This document shows, one piece after another, positions 26,055-41,696 of a stretch of DNA of 64,000 nt. Numbering within the stretch: position 1 is the first letter of the stretch; each line of letters starts with the position of its first letter. The position numbers were made by a program, and so were the translations under genes. The DNA lies in assembly GCA_030770535.1 (NCBI GenBank), contig JASVEC010000002.1:2170001-2234000 (forward strand). The letters run 5' to 3'. The notes beneath the pieces were generated by a model, which had not been told where the DNA came from, made no database searches, and saw only the letters and a program-made list of their open reading frames with translations. The stretch is from Batkoa obscura. Its lineage: Eukaryota.

Positions 26055-26470
26055 ATGTCTGGAAATAGTGTAAGTGAATAATGCTAGGTGTTAAATTCAG
26101 ATATTAATCTTATTTTAGGCCGAATTCAACAAAGCTGCTGAGGATGTCAAGAACCTCAAAACAAAGCCAGGAAATGATGAGATGCTCACAGTTTATGCCA
26201 ACTTTAAACAAGCTACCGTTGGTGATGTAAATACTGGTAAGGGAATTTAGTTTTTCGTCTAAAAAAGTATTAAACTGGACATAGATAAACCAACTGGTAT
26301 GTTTGACCTTGCTGGTAAAGCTAAATGGGATGCTTGGAATAACCTCAAAGGTAAAATTTTATCTATTTAGTTGTATTTTTTATTAAATTATTTTCATAGG
26401 AACCTCAAAAGAGGCTGCTGAAGCTAAATATATTGAATTTGTTAAAGAACTTCAAGCTAAATATAATTAA
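26055..26470 (+). CDS. ACB1: Acyl-CoA-binding protein (4 exons; absent from ORF track)
   Basis: Spliced translation [36 protein letters not shown]...[30 protein letters not shown]. Confidence 0.92.
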
Positions 26471-27106
26471 GTTGTCTTAAAATAAATTGACTTACTAATT
26501 ATGTAGTATTTTTTTAAATTATATATTCTTTTCAAGCTTTATTTAAACTATATCTAATCACCTGCTTTAGCGAGCATAATAGTTGTATTTTATTACATTA
26601 CCCATCTGATATTAGAAAGTACTATTTGTTTAAAGTGAAAGCCAAACAAGTAGGGTATATTTGTTAAAAGAGTAGCACTCCTGTTTAATTAACTTAGTAT
26701 AGTTGTCGAAAGAGTATTAATGATTAAATTCACTGTCTTTTGTGTACTACCTAGACATATAACATATAAAATCTTCTTCTTATGTAAAAATTCTTAATAG
26801 TAATAATTATACTGCTTAAATAGATATTTGATACGTTTATATTGGTGTTAAAAATAATCAAATAATCAAATAATTTTTAATTTGCTCTAACTTTAAATTA
26901 CTTTATGGTTAATATAACTAGAATTAATATTAAATCATAGGCTATCGAAATTTATGTCAATTTGAGAAATTTGAAATTCGCAGTTATCTTATTTTACTAA
27001 AATTTAAGTTATAACCTTATCAAAAATAAAAATATCATTTTTTATTTTTCATGTCACAACCTTAATTACTAAGCAGGAACTAACATTGTTTAATTAATAT
27101 TTAAAG

Positions 27107-30100
27107 ATGGACACTAGCTCACATTCAGATTCAATTCAAGTCACAAGGCATGGCTTAGACGACTCCCCAGAAGAAAAATTAGACTTTATGGATAACCTTT
27201 TTAGGCTATATTATTGTTTGAAGAGGCATGATTCTCTATATAACAAAGAGTTCAGAATTGAAAAGGGAAGTAACCCAAAAATTAATATTCAAGATTGGAG
27301 GCTTGGCGATAAGCAAAAAACGGTTTCAGTTGCCCTCGTATTATGTTTAAATATAGGCGTCGATCCCCCAGATGTCGTAAAAACGAGTCCTTGTGCTAAA
27401 CTAGAATGTTGGATAGACCCATACTCGCTTCCTGCTTCAAAAGCTTTGGATGCCATCAGTAAGAATCTTCAGCAACAATATGAGGTTTGGCAACCAAGGG
27501 CTAGATATAAGCCATTTTTAGACCCAACTGTTGAAGATACTAAGAAGCTGTGCTGTTCTTTAAGAAGAAGCTCAAAAGATGAAAGGATCTTATTCCATTA
27601 TAATGGCCATGGGGTTCCTAAACCTACAAACAGTGGTGAAATTTGGGTTTTCAATAAAACATACACTCAATATATACCCATTTCTATCCTTGATTTACAA
27701 TCATGGCTCGGCTCACCTTGTATGTATGTGTATGATTGTTCTTCAGCAGGTAACATTATTAAATCATTCAAACGCTTTAATCAGCAGAGGGAGCAAGAAT
27801 CACATAGATTAAATAGTGATTCACGTTTTTCAAAGCCCCCATCTGCTTATGAAACTATTCAATTTGCAGCTTGTGATGCCAATGAAACTTTACCTATGAG
27901 TCCAGATTTGCCGGCAGATTTATTTTCATCTTGTCTTACGACACCTATCGAGATGGCAATGCGATGGTTTGTGATTAGAAATCCTTTAAAGATCAAAGTT
28001 ACTCCAGAAATGGTATTAAAGCTACCAGGAAGGCTAAATGATCGTAGGACTCCACTTGGAGATTTAAGTTGGGTATTTACATCAATAACAGATACTATAG
28101 CTTGGTCTTTATTACCTCCTTCTTTATTTACTAAATTGTTTCGTCAGGACTTGATGATGGCTGCCCTTTTTAGAAACTTTCTTTTGGCTGATCGTATTAT
28201 GAGAACACTAAAATGTCATCCTATCTCTGTTCCGAAACTTCCAGAAACTCATAATCATCCACTCTGGAAATCATGGGACATGGCTTTGGATTTATGTTTA
28301 TCTCAAATACCAGATTTAACTGCTGCTGAAGAAAATGGAGTGCCTTTTGAGTATAAAAATAGTCCTTTTTTTACTGAGCAATTAACTGCTTTTGAAATTT
28401 GGTTATCACAAGCTCAAGTAAAACAGAATATGCCTGAACAATTGCCTATTGTCCTTCAAGTTTTATTATCACAAATCCATCGAGCTAGAGCTTTAAAATT
28501 ACTTAGTAAATTTTTTGATTTGGGATTATGGGCCATCAATGCTGCACTTTTGGTAGGTATTTTCCCATATGTACTAAAATTGCTTCAATCCCCAGCAGTA
28601 GAGCTTAAACCCTCCCTTACTTTTATTTGGGCTCGTATAATGCCAGTCGATAACTCATGTCAAAATGACTTGCTTAAAGATAATGGGTATCTGTATTTTA
28701 TAGATTTACTTAAACCTGATACAATCCATTCGTTTGCTGATCTCTCAAGAAATCGAGCTGAGTGTGCAGTAATTTTAGCCTTTTTCTGTAAAGATTTCCC
28801 AGTTGGAAAGCAATCCTGCTTAAAGCATAACATTTTAAGCATTGCTGTTCATCACTTTACAGACCATCATCCTATTTTAAGACAATGGATCTGCATCATG
28901 TTAGGTCAAATTTGGAAGTCATGTGATGATGCTAAATGGGCAGCATTTGAACTTTCAATTCATGAGAGTTTGATTTCTCTATTAAGAGATCCAATACCTG
29001 AGGTTAGAGCGGCAGCAGTCTATGCTTTGTCAACTTTGTTTGAAATTGAGTTACATAAATCAGATCAAATACAACATATAGAGCATAGTATAGCTATTTC
29101 TTTAATTCCACTTGCTAATGATGGTTCACCTATTGTTAGAAAAGAATGGGTAGTTTTTATTTCACAGTTTATTTATAGATATAAAGACAATTTCCTTTCC
29201 ATTGCACTTGAAACGATTGAAGAGGATGATTCTTTTACTATAGCCAAGCCAACAGAAGATAAATCTCAACCTGGAACACCAAAACCAAATCGCTCTAAAG
29301 TATCTCATAAACATACAACACCGGAAAATGAAAGAGAAACAACTGACAAGACAAATTCTTTACATCATAATCCTGAAGAAGATTCAAATAAATTAATATA
29401 TAATTTAATTTGGAAATTATTGTTAATTTTAACTTTAGATGCAATGCCTCAGATTGCTCAAGCTGCTCAAGCGGTAGTAGATCAAGTTCATTATGTTATG
29501 GTCTCCACTAAGGTTTCTGAGAAAGTTGCAAATTCATTATTACATTTAACGCCTCCATCATCTCCTACTTTAAACTCTGGTACATTCAACAGCCCAAATT
29601 TATCACCACAACCGCCAAATGGCTCAAGGAGATCCCAACTTGCTAATACACTTAGGAGATCTGCATCCTACTCATTAAGAAGTTTATATAATTTCGGATC
29701 AACTAGTGATACAGAAATAGCTGTTTCAAAAGACAAAGGTTCATCGTCTTCTTTAAACCAATTAACATCCACAATTCAAAATTTAAATATTAATGAAGAT
29801 ACAGATCTATCTATGATTTTATCGACACCAGAGCAAGTGAATGGGACCGAATTAGCAACCATAAAATCATTCTATCTTGATTGGTGTGCAAAATGTTTTA
29901 TTGAGCCCCATTTAATCGTGGCTGAAAATGAAGAGCCAGGTAGTAAGGTGTACCATCAAAGATTATGGAGAAGGTATAGAAATGATAAAGTAGTAACTGA
30001 AACTGAACAACAATATCCCAAAGCGAACCAAACTAGATGGACTACCGAATTTAAAAATTTACAAAATGAAAACCAACCCAATAACGTACTCTTTCATCGA

Positions 30101-31362
30101 TATGATAATATATTAATAGCCTCAGATGAAAGGAATTATATTAGCGTATGGAATTGGGAAGAATCTATTCGACTTAATAAGTTTCGTATCTTTGATTCAG
30201 GTTCAATTGGAGTATCTAGTTTAAAATTAATTAATGAAGAAGATGATGCTATTCTTGCAGTAGCAGCTAATGATGGTAATGTTAGCCTTTATCAGAATTA
30301 TTCAGAATCAGCAAAACTGGTTTCTGGGTTTAGAGCACATAGTGAACTACAAAGTACACGCAAATTACCAAAACATTTTGCTCCTCAACAATCTCATCCT
30401 AGTATTGTTATGGAATGGCAGCAATCTAAAGGTAACTTGATTGTTGGTGGAGAACCGTCTTCACTTAGAATTTGGGATGTGGCTTCAGAGAGAATTTCTA
30501 TGGTATTTAAATTTATTTTATTTGATAACTAATATTAACTTTACATAAAGGACTTACCCACCCGTTCAACAATTGGTATCACTTCACTTACCTCGGATAG
30601 GGTAGGGGGCTATTTTTTAACTGCTGGATTCCAAGATGGTTCAGTCAGAGCTTATGATAGTAGACTTCCACCAAGAGAAAGGTAATTTTATGTTTAGTGA
30701 TTTTTTATTTACTTTTTGAAACTTAAAAATTTTCAGTATGATTCGATGCTGGAGAGAACACCATTCAGTTGTAGTAGGATGTCATCTACAACTTGCTTCT
30801 TCAAGAGAATTGGTTACAGCTAGGTAAGACCAAAATATTTGTAGCAATATATAAATTAATGAAAAAATAGTTCTGCTGGCGAAATCAAACTATGGGATTT
30901 AAGATCAGATGTTTCATTACAAGCGTTTACGAATAAAACAGGAATCACATCGTTTGCAGTTCATGATCAAGTACCTTTAGTAGCAACGTAAGTTTTTTAA
31001 ATTAAACAATGATTTTTTAAAAAAAATTATTTAGTGGTACAGCCCAACATGGAGCTTCAGTCTATACAATGGATGGTCAACACCTTGGAACCACTTTCCA
31101 TTATCAAGGGGCTTCTGGTTTACTATTAAGTCAACGTATAGCACCCATTTATAGTTTAAATTTCCATCCTAGTCGAATGGTATTAGCCACTGGCTCTGGT
31201 GGTGGCATCTCAGGTCCTTTTAGTACTCCAATCGATCGCTCTTCCAACATCTCATTATTTTCGTGGGATTCGCCAGTGTTTGATAATAATAGTCATAGTG
31301 CTGAAGCTGGATTTACAGCTTCTTATAATACATCACAGCTTTTAAGTGAAAGTAATTTTTAG
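27107..31362 (+). CDS. KOG1: TORC1 subunit Raptor/Kog1
   Basis: RNC domain (LCLNIGVDPPD, LFHYNGHGVPKPT), HEAT repeats and C-terminal WD40 exons. Confidence 0.96.
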
Positions 31363-33076
31363 AGTATGGTGCGTTAGTGTTTATAGTTGAAGTGAGTAGT
31401 TTTTGAAGACTGTATTGCTTGATGTTGAAATATCGCTGAAATCGATATGAGTTGTTTTTTTAAGTGGAAGATACCTTAGTTGAGATGAAATTTTTAATAT
31501 ACAAAGCTTTTTTTTAGTTTATACGGTTTTATGTATCTGTGAAGGATTTTATAAATACTAGAAGTAGTATATTTTTTGGTTTTTTTAGTTTTAATGAAAA
31601 TAGCGCTTTCTAATAGAAATTTAGATATTATTTAATGATTAGCTTATTTATTAAGTTTAACTTAGTTTAATAAAATCAAGAAAAATTATTAAATAAAATT
31701 TGGATAAATTTATTACTAACAAAACGAATTATGAAATAATTTATACATTTGATTAAATTATAGACTTGTTTTAAGTAAAATTAAAATAACAAAACTTAAA
31801 TTTATAGATTTTTACCATTTTAGGTTTAGATACCCAATCTTAACGTTAAGTTTGATTTAAATTTAGGTTAAATCTAATTTTAATAAAAAAAATCTCAAAC
31901 AATCGACCCGCCCCTTAAATTACGTTGTCTTTATCAAATTCTCAGAAGTTTTAAAAAGTAAAAGTAAAAAGTAAAAAGTAAAAAATAAACTGGTGATGAG
32001 ATGTATACAAATCTAGAATTAAACAAATTTTAAGTTTTTCCATAGCCTAACGATAATCGAAATTAAACAAAAAAATCTAAAAAATAAAAATGAAACTATC
32101 GACTAAGAGATAAACAAGTGGAACAAATGCTTCGCCAATGTATCATTTGTATAAGGTTTTATTAAATTGAGATTATTAATAAAACTATAGTTACTAAATA
32201 GCCAAATAAATTAAATTGTTTAAAACTAATAACAATATAATAGAAAATAATAAAAAACTATAAAAACATCTCAATTCCTTAGTCTAACAATTTTTTTCAA
32301 CGTCTAAAAAAATCGAATTTTTTTTGCCACTTAACAAGAATATACTATAGTGATCTGGAATTATCACCTTTTGCGACTATATAATTTAGACAATTTTAAG
32401 GTATTTTTATTATATTTGAGTATTATTATAAATAAGAAGATCAATTGTTTCCCTATCAGTTAAGTTGATTCAAGCTTTTAAAATTTCCTTTGCCTCAACT
32501 TAATTTATTCGGCCAATTTCCAACTTTTTTTTTGAGGGTTAAAAATCTCCTCTCTTACTCAATAACTTATTCCAATTAATAGTTACATTGAATTGACTAC
32601 CCAATTTGGAATTTAGCATACAACTTAAACAATTAACGGTTTCTTCAATTATTCAATTGTTCAATATATATATGTAATTTTATACATGCTTAAAATCAAT
32701 AAAATAGTTCAATTACAATAATAATGTTACATATGTTTATTATAATTACTAATGCTTAACATTTACATTAATATTTCAATTAACTCATTAATTAAAATTC
32801 AATATTTAACAATTTGTTCCTTCTTTTTAAGTTAAATAACCAGCTTTAATTGGCTGATCAATAAAACGATAGTTTTCTAAGAATTCATTAGTTAGGTTAA
32901 TTTAATTGGATAGAATCTTGAATCAACTTAAGTAATTGGATGAAACATTAAGCTAACATCAACTGATAAGCTAAAACTTAACTTAATTTATAATTTCAAC
33001 TAATTTTTTTTCACTTGAACATTTTTACTAATCTCTACTTCATTTTTCAAGGATAAAATAATAAAAATAATAAAGT

Positions 33077-33856
<780 letters not shown>

Positions 33857-35184
33857 ATTGAAGTTTTTTCATAAAAAAGCTTTAAGCGATTAAAATCAAT
33901 TTACACTACTACAATCTCTCTCTATGTCGAAAGTCTTATAATGGATATTTATGGAACGTTATAAATAAAGATAATTTTTTATTTTGGAATGTACCTTTTT
34001 GATTGAATGTTTACTCCAATTTTATGTGGCTTATTGTTTGTTTTTAAGTGATGTTCTGTTGCGTTTTATTTTTTTTAACCGTTTAGTATTACTCTTTGAA
34101 TAATGGTTTTTAAGCTAAGTTTCCTTCTGTTTTAATACAATATAAATACCATATAGGATTTGCTAATTTAAATTTATTAATATCATTTAACATACTTATT
34201 TTAATGAGATGATACATAGATAATTTTTCAGTATTAACTAATTTGACCTAAGAATTTAGTTTAAATCTATAAGGTTGTACTAAGTATTAAAAGGATATTA
34301 ATAGAATAGAGCTGTGTGTACAGATTATGAATTTCAAGACAATTAAATCAAATTAAGAATAAATACTAATATTCTATTTTTTACATCTAGAACAATAATA
34401 AAAATACCTAAGAGTTTGAAATAAAGTAAAAATTTATTTAAGTTTTGCTATGAATTTCCTTGAAACATAAAGCCTTGTATTTAATAGTTAATAAACCTTT
34501 GTATATTTATTTACATTCAGCTAATTTAATGGAATATGTATAATGTCAAAAACAAATCAATCGTTTATTCATACATATAGTAATAACTTAATATTTTTCT
34601 ATCATGAAATCAGCTATAAACTTAGATCACCTATCAATATGAACTATCTATTCACAACAACCCTTAACATCTAATACATTCTACTTAAACTTATATATAA
34701 TCTAAACGACATTTGATTTGTTAGTTGTATTAAATTCGATAAGTTAGTTAAGACTAAAAGATACTAATACTAAAATTTAATTATTATTAATGTATATGAC
34801 GGAGATAAAAAAGCTACTGATATTGAATTTTTTAATTAAGGATTTTTAGATGGGAATAGAAGAATTAACTGATGGGCTTTATATATACATATTATAGCTA
34901 AAACTATATAGACGAGAATTGAGACAGAGATGGGTTGAAATCCATAGATTGAAATTAATTCAAAGTTTATTTTAGAGTGTTTTTTAGAATAGAAAAGTGA
35001 TTAGTTATATTTTGAAATAAGCCACTTAATTCTATAACACTTATGTGATAACGGAATATTAACTTTGACTTCTAATTTTAATGTTTTAATAACTATATAA
35101 TGAATCATTGATAATGATGATTAACTTCTATTTAGATTATTACATATACAAATAGGCTTTAATACATTACTTATATTACAACCT

Positions 35185-35267
35185 TTTTTTATTTAAGAAT
35201 TTTACTAGCAATCTTTCCACTCAAATAGCGTTTGAAAAGGGAGAAAGTGATGAAATCAAAAAACATT
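35185..35267. mobile_element. MITE A, truncated
   Basis: TTTAAGAATTTTACTAGCAATCTTTCCACTCAAATAGCG core. Confidence 0.65.
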
Positions 35268-35474
35268 ACAAATTGATAGCTCTCTCAGCCTATAAAAAGA
35301 AGTAACATTAAAATTTTTCGATAAAATCTGATCACTCATTAAAAACTTCAATTAAATCAAGAATTCTTAGAATTACATTTTACTTTTAATTAATAAGAGA
35401 TGAAAAAACGATCCAAAGAAAGGTACGGGGAGATTGATAAAACTAATTTATTATTAGAATCTAAAGATATTTCA

Positions 35475-37505
35475 ATGGCTTATTCAGATCCTGGGATTTC
35501 ATTAGATAGAATATTAAATGGTAATCTATATTAATCTTTAATTAAAATAAAAATTAATAATAAAATTTAACTCAGATCAAGACAACTCAATCTCATTAAA
35601 TCCACTTTCGCTTCCAGGTTTATCAAAAGTGATTCAAGAGACATTAACAAATCGATATCATTTGTTTTATTTTATAATCTATACTTTTCTATCTTTAAGT
35701 TTTCATTATCTTATAAATCAAAATTTAAGTCTACCTTATATGGATGAAATATTTCATATACCTCAAGTACAAAAGTATTGCAATGGGAATTACACAAATT
35801 ATGATCCAAAATTGACAACCCCACCTGGACTGTAAGTAATCTTTAGTATATTTTTATTTGTTTTATTAATCTATACTATTTTTAAAATAGATATTTATTA
35901 ACATTACCCTTCGCGTATATATTTAATTGTAATATAATAAGTTTAAGGTTATTTAATGTAATCCTGGGATTAAAATTATACTTCATAATAGCTGTTTTAT
36001 TAAAAACAATAGATTATCAATTTAATATAAAAAACAAAGAAGCAGAAAAGAATGACAAATTATTATCATTAATAACATTTACAATAAGTTTATTTCCAAT
36101 TAATTTTTTTTATCATCATTTATACTATACAGACACATTGTCAACTATTATTATTTTATTATCATTTCTATTATCATTATATAACTATCATTGGTGGAAC
36201 AATTTGGTAATAATTATTTGTTTGTTTATTTATATTATTTTTCTATAATTATCAAATTAAATTTTAATATTAGTTAGGATTATTATCATTAACAGTTCGG
36301 CAAACAAATATTATTTGGATGTTATTTATTATGATATTTGCAATTTGTTTAGAAGTTAATAAATTAGATAATAATAAAATTGTTAAAGAAAATAAAAATA
36401 AAGATAAAGAAGGAGTAACGAAATTATTATTGAATAAACCAAGTGAATTTTTTAAAGATGGCGGTAAGATTTTAGTTCTATTTTTAATATTTTTAATATT
36501 TTTAATAACAAATGGTTTTGTTTTATTATATTAATAGATAGAAAGATTCAATTATTACCAAAAGTAATTGAAATGTTAAAACAAAATTTTATTAATTTAT
36601 GTTTTAATGTAATATTACCATATAGTTTAATATTGTTTTCATTTGCTTCATTTATACTTTGGAATAAGGGAATAGTTTTAGGTAGAATTTATTACAATTT
36701 ATCATTTTATTGTTTATTGATTTGTTGATGTTAGGAGATAAATCGAACCATATTCCAACTTTACATTTTACACAATTATTTTATTTTTTAACTTTTACAT
36801 CCACTTTATTATGGCCATATCTATTAACTAGTCTCAGTATGTCTTCTATTTTAAATCATTTTTCACAATATATCCGTAGTTTTTTTAAAAGGTAAGTAGT
36901 TCATTTGATTTATTTAATATAAAAAATATACTCAATTTATCTATTCGATTTAGTTTTAAAATAATGCTATTAAATTTAATCTCATTATTTGTAATTTTAC
37001 TAATTATTCATAAGTTTACGTAAGTATTGACATTCATTTATAACATACCACTAAAGAAAACTAACCCAAACTTGTAAATAGCATACACCACCCCTTTTTA
37101 TTAAGTGATAATCGACACATTTCGTTTTATATTTGGAAAAACCTATTTCGATATCATCCATTGTTACCTTATCTTTATGCCCCATTATATCATTTCTTAA
37201 TCTATTCATGGTATCAAACACAATACCTTCCATCAACTAAACCCTTTTTATTATGGTTTGGTTATTTTTGTACAATTAGTTTATCTTTAATTCCATCCCC
37301 ATTATTAGAATTAAGATATTTTATATTACCTTTTCTATTTTTAAGGATTGTTTTATTACAGAACAAGAGACGATTGAATTGGTACAAAGTAATAACGGAA
37401 TTAACAATGTATTTAATATCAAATCTATGCATTGCTTATTTGTTTTTATTTAAACCTTTTTATTGGCCATCGGAACCTGGTATACTACAAAGGTTCATGT
37501 GGTAG
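35475..37505 (+). CDS. ALG10: Dol-P-Glc alpha-1,2-glucosyltransferase ALG10/DIE2
   Basis: PYMDEIFHIPQ..YC, DPKLTTPPGL, LYYTD, RQTNIIW, GDKSNH, DNRH, LLELRYF and QRFMW; start codon approximate. Confidence 0.92.
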
Positions 37506-37761
37506 ATTGAAGTGAAGAGTATTTGGTTTAGAAGTAAAACAAGTTATTAAATGTTTCTATGATTAGTATGGCATTTACAACCTTTTGTAAAGAAGTATAG
37601 TTATAGCAAGAAAAAAAGGAAGAATAAAGTAATAAAAGTAAATTGGTTTGAAATATTTCAGTATTCTTTAAAAAAAAATTAATTTTAGTACTTAATTTAA
37701 ATATAAATTAATTAAATTAGCATAAATAATATATCAAAGTATTAAAAAGTTGATAAAACAT

Positions 37762-37813
37762 ATTTATATTTATATTTATATTTATATTTATATTTATATT
37801 TATATTTATATTT
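37762..37813. repeat. (TTTATA)n microsatellite
   Basis: Tandem hexamers. Confidence 0.85.
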
Positions 37814-37916
37814 AATACATATTTCGTTAAAAAATAAATTAGAACTAGTTAAATTCATAAATCAGAAATATTAATAAAAATGTTTAAATTACAAAAGAAG
37901 ATACTATATACTACAT

Positions 37917-38049
37917 GGGAGTATTTTTTTAAGCTCCATTACTTTTTCTATTTTTTAATATTGTTTGAGTGGAGAAATTGTTGGTTAAATTTCCGCTCAA
38001 ATAGTGCTTAAAGGATGGAAAAAGTAATAAAATCAAAAAAAACATCCCT
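37917..38049. mobile_element. Palindromic (fold-back) MITE A variant
   Basis: GGGAGTATTT...GAGTGGAGAAATT-GTTGGTT-AAATTTCCGCTC...AACATCCCT; two inverted copies of the same arm. Confidence 0.8.
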
Positions 38050-38472
38050 ATATTCTAATAGCTCAATGTGAATTACTAAAATAATTTTTTAAATACGTAT
38101 ATAAAAGTAAATCATCAAAATTTTGATTTATAAACTAAATTGTTATTATTGTTATTTTAATAGTTCATTTCTTGTTCTTTATTATACTTATAGCCATATA
38201 TACAATATCATAAAACTTACATGTACTCTATACTATGATTATTAATAACATTGACAGCTTGGTTCAAATTAGAAGAGTAAATTAAAATTAAAATTAAAAT
38301 TTAAAAAACCATAAACTTCCATTTTTATACTTTATTTAGGTTAATTAAAAAAAAGAGAAATATACGTATAAGGTATATTTTAACGTTCCACAAAAAGAAG
38401 CATTTAAGAAAAGCTAATAAAAAAAGGATAATGATAATAAACAACCAAGCTTCGCCTGATAGAAGACTTGCC

Positions 38473-39692
38473 TTAATTCTTATCAAAATCCTCCCCTAAA
38501 TAAGCTGATAAAAACCCACGGACTGCAGAACAAGTGGCTTTCTTTTTTAAAGCTTCACATAGTTCATCAATGGTATAAGTTTCTGCTTTTAACTTATCCA
38601 TAACAATTTTATGTTTAGCCGCTAATTGAAGTAATTCTTCTTTTGTTGGTGGTGGTCGATCTGGTTTCATTAAATCATAGGCACTAACGCCTGGCATTAT
38701 GGTCTTATCGATTTGTTCAATGCTTATTCTACTGGGTTCTGGTGTAGTCGAAGTATGGGTGTTATTGGATGGAGGTGTCAATGGATTCATACTAGAGTGA
38801 AATTCAGGGGAGGTTAATTGAGGCATATATACGTTATCTTGTTTTGTTGGGTTATTAAGGTTTGAGTTATCAAGAGAAGGAAAGTTAGGGAACTCAGGGA
38901 AAAGATACTCATCACCAGCCATTAAATTTTCATTATTAACAGGCAGGTTATAAATCATATTAGGATCAATCAATGGACTTAAATTAGTTGCTACATTGAT
39001 GGGATTATTATTAATACTAGTAGTGGTCAAAGCTGGGTTATTGGGAATTAAGTAATTCAAATCTGGACTGAAATTTTGTTGAAATGGAGCGGCAGTGTCA
39101 TAATTGAACATATTGAAACCACTATTAAACCCATTATTTAAAGAAGGAAATGGTTGACTAGCAAGATTTGGGTTAAATTCTTGAGTAGTATTGTTATTAC
39201 TCGTTTTCAACTGTTGATTAGCTTGCTCTAAAATTTTAATCGAATTTAATAAAGTATTATTCTCTTCTTGAGTTAATTTATTGGCTTCTTCTAATGCTTT
39301 GACTTTTTCTTGTAATGAACGTACAAAATTTTCTCGACGTTCACGGAACGCTTTTTGAGCTGCTCGGTTTTGTGCTAGTCGTTTCTATATTTAAAGTATT
39401 AATAATTTTGAAATAAATGGTTTTAAACAAACTCACGGAAACTGGCTCTGAATCATCAATTTTACGACCTGGTTTTTTACTTGGTTTATTACTTGTAGAA
39501 GCTATTTTATTTAGAAATATTAATTATAGAGCAAACTATTATTGAATAAAACTTACTTTCTTTGTCTTCAGTGTAATTAATCGAACTATTACCATTCGAT
39601 TCTTGGTTTAAAGAATAATCTTCATTATTTTCAGATAAAGACATATGGCTACTTTCACGATAGATATCTTGAATTGAATTTTTTATCTCCAT
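38473..39692 (-). CDS. Yap1/Pap1-like AP-1 bZIP transcription factor, paralog 1
   Basis: RKPGRK, KRLAQNRAAQKAFRERR, leucine zipper; C-terminal DELCEALKKKATCS. Confidence 0.85.
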
Positions 39693-40567
39693 TGTAAGAT
39701 AAAAATACTTTTCCTTGTTTAACTTTTTGGTTTATAAATTTGCCTTAAACTAGATTTTATACTGTTTGATTGGTTACGCTTAATAAAACCTACCTACTAC
39801 AACATTACTATTATTAGTAATCAAACTCTAATAGTTTTTCTGGGTGTAGCTTGGATTTTTGTTAATGGGCTTATAGCTTAAATTATGTTGTACCTTTTAA
39901 GGCAGTCTTGCTTTTATGATGATATCATCTATATACATAACACAACTAGAGATCTCAAGGTACTTTAGTAGAATTATAGCTTTATTTAGTTATTAATATC
40001 TATTTTTTACTGAACTAAGTAATTACTTTGTTAATTTACTATTGAATCTATAGCTGTGAACAATGAAACTATAAGTTTTAGTGTAACATTTGTTATTAAT
40101 ATGAATATTTAATAAATGAAATTTTTAAAGGGATTGAACTCGAAAATTCATTAGAATAAAAGTCAAGTTGGATCTTTAAAAGAGAGTACAATAGTACAAC
40201 GTAACTAAGTAATTATATATTAATTATATTTCATTGGTTCTTTTTTTCAAACTTACCATTCTAGTTTTGTATAGTTTTAAACAGTACTACAAGAAATATT
40301 GGTAGTTTTTTTGATTTCTAAGCTTTTATTAATGTTCTTCTCAATTCTGTTCCAGTTTGATTATTCAATTAAATGTAAGCTTTGAATATTTGAAATTAAT
40401 CTTTACTTGAATTAAGTATTAGGATGGTCATGTCCTAAATTAACAATTGTTAACAAAATTCCTACACATGTGTTATTTAATTTATTTTTACTTTTATTTT
40501 CATACTTGTACTCTAGTTTATTTGTTTGTGATGAAAAGGATGCCAGATTTCATATAAAAATCCATTT

Positions 40568-40725
40568 CAGCTGTTCTAACTCTTTTGCGAATTAGTGCTA
40601 TTTTTTACATTAAATTGTTTATCTAATTTTTTAATGCCTAGGTTCTTTATTTTTTTTAGAATTTATACATCGATTTTGCTCTTAAATAAATAGTTAAGAG
40701 TTTCGCAAAAGAGTTGGAACTACTG
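40568..40725. mobile_element. Candidate MITE family B (24-bp TIR beginning CAG)
   Basis: CAGCTGTTCTAACTCTTTTGCGAA ... TTCGCAAAAGAGTTGGAACTACTG inverted repeat; no clean TSD. Confidence 0.5.
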
Positions 40726-41597
40726 GAATTTAGCAATAATTGAGCATAATTTAAATTTACTATGCGTTTTTTTCGAAAAAATGCCAAGCATTTAATTCTC
40801 AACAATTATAGTTATTAGGTTACCTTAACTGTGATAAATTGAGCAAAGATACTTAGATCCACACCCAAAATCAATAGTCAGTTAATAGTCTAAAAAAGGT
40901 GATGGATGCTTGAATTTAATTAAAAAGTATATGAGTTATATAAATTGTATACCCTTTTAAAAAGGATGATGGTTGGCCTGCTAAGCAGTTAAGATAGATA
41001 CATCCGTTCAACTTAAAAGCAACCCTTAATTAACATTAGATTGTTCGAAATGTTACAGTACAAATTCATGTATACTAAAAAATAGCTAACTATTGGTTGC
41101 AACACCATCAATGAGTTTATAGTAAAATTATCTTTACTGTCAATAAAAGTTTATTGTTACAATCGGAGATTACTGATTTTTCTGTACATGGACTTATACT
41201 GAAACATTTCAAACAATCTAATAAAATCCGAATTTAGCTGATCAAATCAATTTTTGATTAGCTAAATTTCTAGATTTTATTGGTTAAATATCATCTTTAG
41301 GTAAATTGAAATCAAGGGGTTAACTGTAACTAAATTGACAGGTTAGTGATACTCAAGGGGTTAATGAAGCTAAAAATTTATCAGCTAAAAGAATTTCAAA
41401 TTATGAAAGTTTAACTATTATTCTCCATAATTAAATGTATGAAATATCTGAACTAAAAATGTTAAAATCAGTTGAAATAAAAGACAATAAATTTAGTGTT
41501 TTATCAATACAGAGCTTATATTCAAGAAGTTGAGCATTCTTAGGTTATAGGTTTGATTATAAAGTTTATTAATATAAATTCCTATAAATCTGAATAT

Positions 41598-41696
41598 GGG
41601 GATGTATTTTTTTATTTAACAATTTCACCAACAAATTTTCCACTCCAAATAGCGCTTAAAAAACGAAGAAGTGATGAAATCAAAAAAAACGCCCCC
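41598..41696. mobile_element. MITE A
   Basis: ATAT|GGGGATGTATTT...AACGCCCCC|ATAT. Confidence 0.9.

Noticed and set aside
40950..41540. Possible decayed LRR or F-box-like gene; similar debris at 34250-35150 and 56800-57420
   Set aside because: Could not recover diagnostic motifs by eye
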